DNA of 63,762 nucleotides, the filler included, from Octopus bimaculoides (Eukaryota): the NCBI RefSeq assembly GCF_001194135.2. It is 5 parts of 5 records of this genome, joined end to end, with 100 filler letters (N's around TTAATTAATTAA, not from the genome) between each part and the next. Parts side by side here need not be neighbours in the genome. Positions count along the whole stretch, not along the records: positions 62,493 to 63,762 come from NW_026396851.1; 4 more parts are not named here. One strand, written 5' to 3'. Made by a program: the position numbers and the translations under genes. The notes beneath the pieces are model-generated. The model was not told the DNA's origin. It made no database searches and was given only the letters and a program-made list of their open reading frames with translations. Shown one piece after another: positions 63,532 to 63,762 of this stretch; positions within the stretch are counted from its first letter, which is position 1; every line of letters starts with the position of its first letter.

Positions 63532-63718
63532 AAGGCGACGAGCTGGCAGAAACGTTTGCACGCCGGGCGAAATGCTTAGCGGTATTTCGTCTGCCGCTGA
63601 GTTCAAATTCCGCCAAGGTCGACTTTGCCTTTCATCCTTTCGGGGTCGATAAATTAAGTACCAGTTGCGTACTGGCCCCCTCCCCCAAATTTCAGGCCTT
63701 GTATCTATAGCATACAGG

Positions 63719-63762
<44 letters not shown>
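63532..63762 (+). mobile_element. SINE family B, near full length, with (TTA)n tail
   Basis: AAGGCGACGAGCTGGCAG head, GCCTTTCATCCTTTCGGGGTCGATAAATTAAGTACCAG core, GGATTATTATT tail. Confidence 0.9.

Overview
AT-rich, microsatellite-dense eukaryotic DNA with many assembly gaps (largest about 6593-7061, 9209-9924, 11068-11912, 12806-13198, 57360-58294). The SINE families and composition look like an Octopus (cephalopod) genome; this is inferred from recognised repeats, not from a search. I found no host protein-coding gene I can support, and almost every ORF in the track is translated microsatellite or N-run. The window is intronic or intergenic and full of decayed mobile elements. These include several tRNA-derived SINE families and RTE, CR1-like, Tx1/L1 and R4/Dong LINE fragments. 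DNA elements include a TIR-bounded mariner, other Tc1/mariner relics, a MULE relic and several MITEs. The most interesting signal is six dispersed type-I hammerhead-ribozyme-like motifs with a short, mostly palindromic stem III, as known from Penelope-like elements and retrozymes. Two keep every catalytic core base: 920-975 (+) and 5708-5772 (-). The second sits at the apex of a ~430-bp nested fold-back element. Secondary signals: a Tx1 fragment flanked by (TATC)n; a SINE with a Tx1-like 3' tail and a 19-bp TSD; R4/Dong ends tied to (TAA)n, including a head-to-head palindrome; and a MITE-derived 85-bp tandem array. All identities are by-eye estimates, all folds are hand-derived, and SINE family letters A-D are my own labels.
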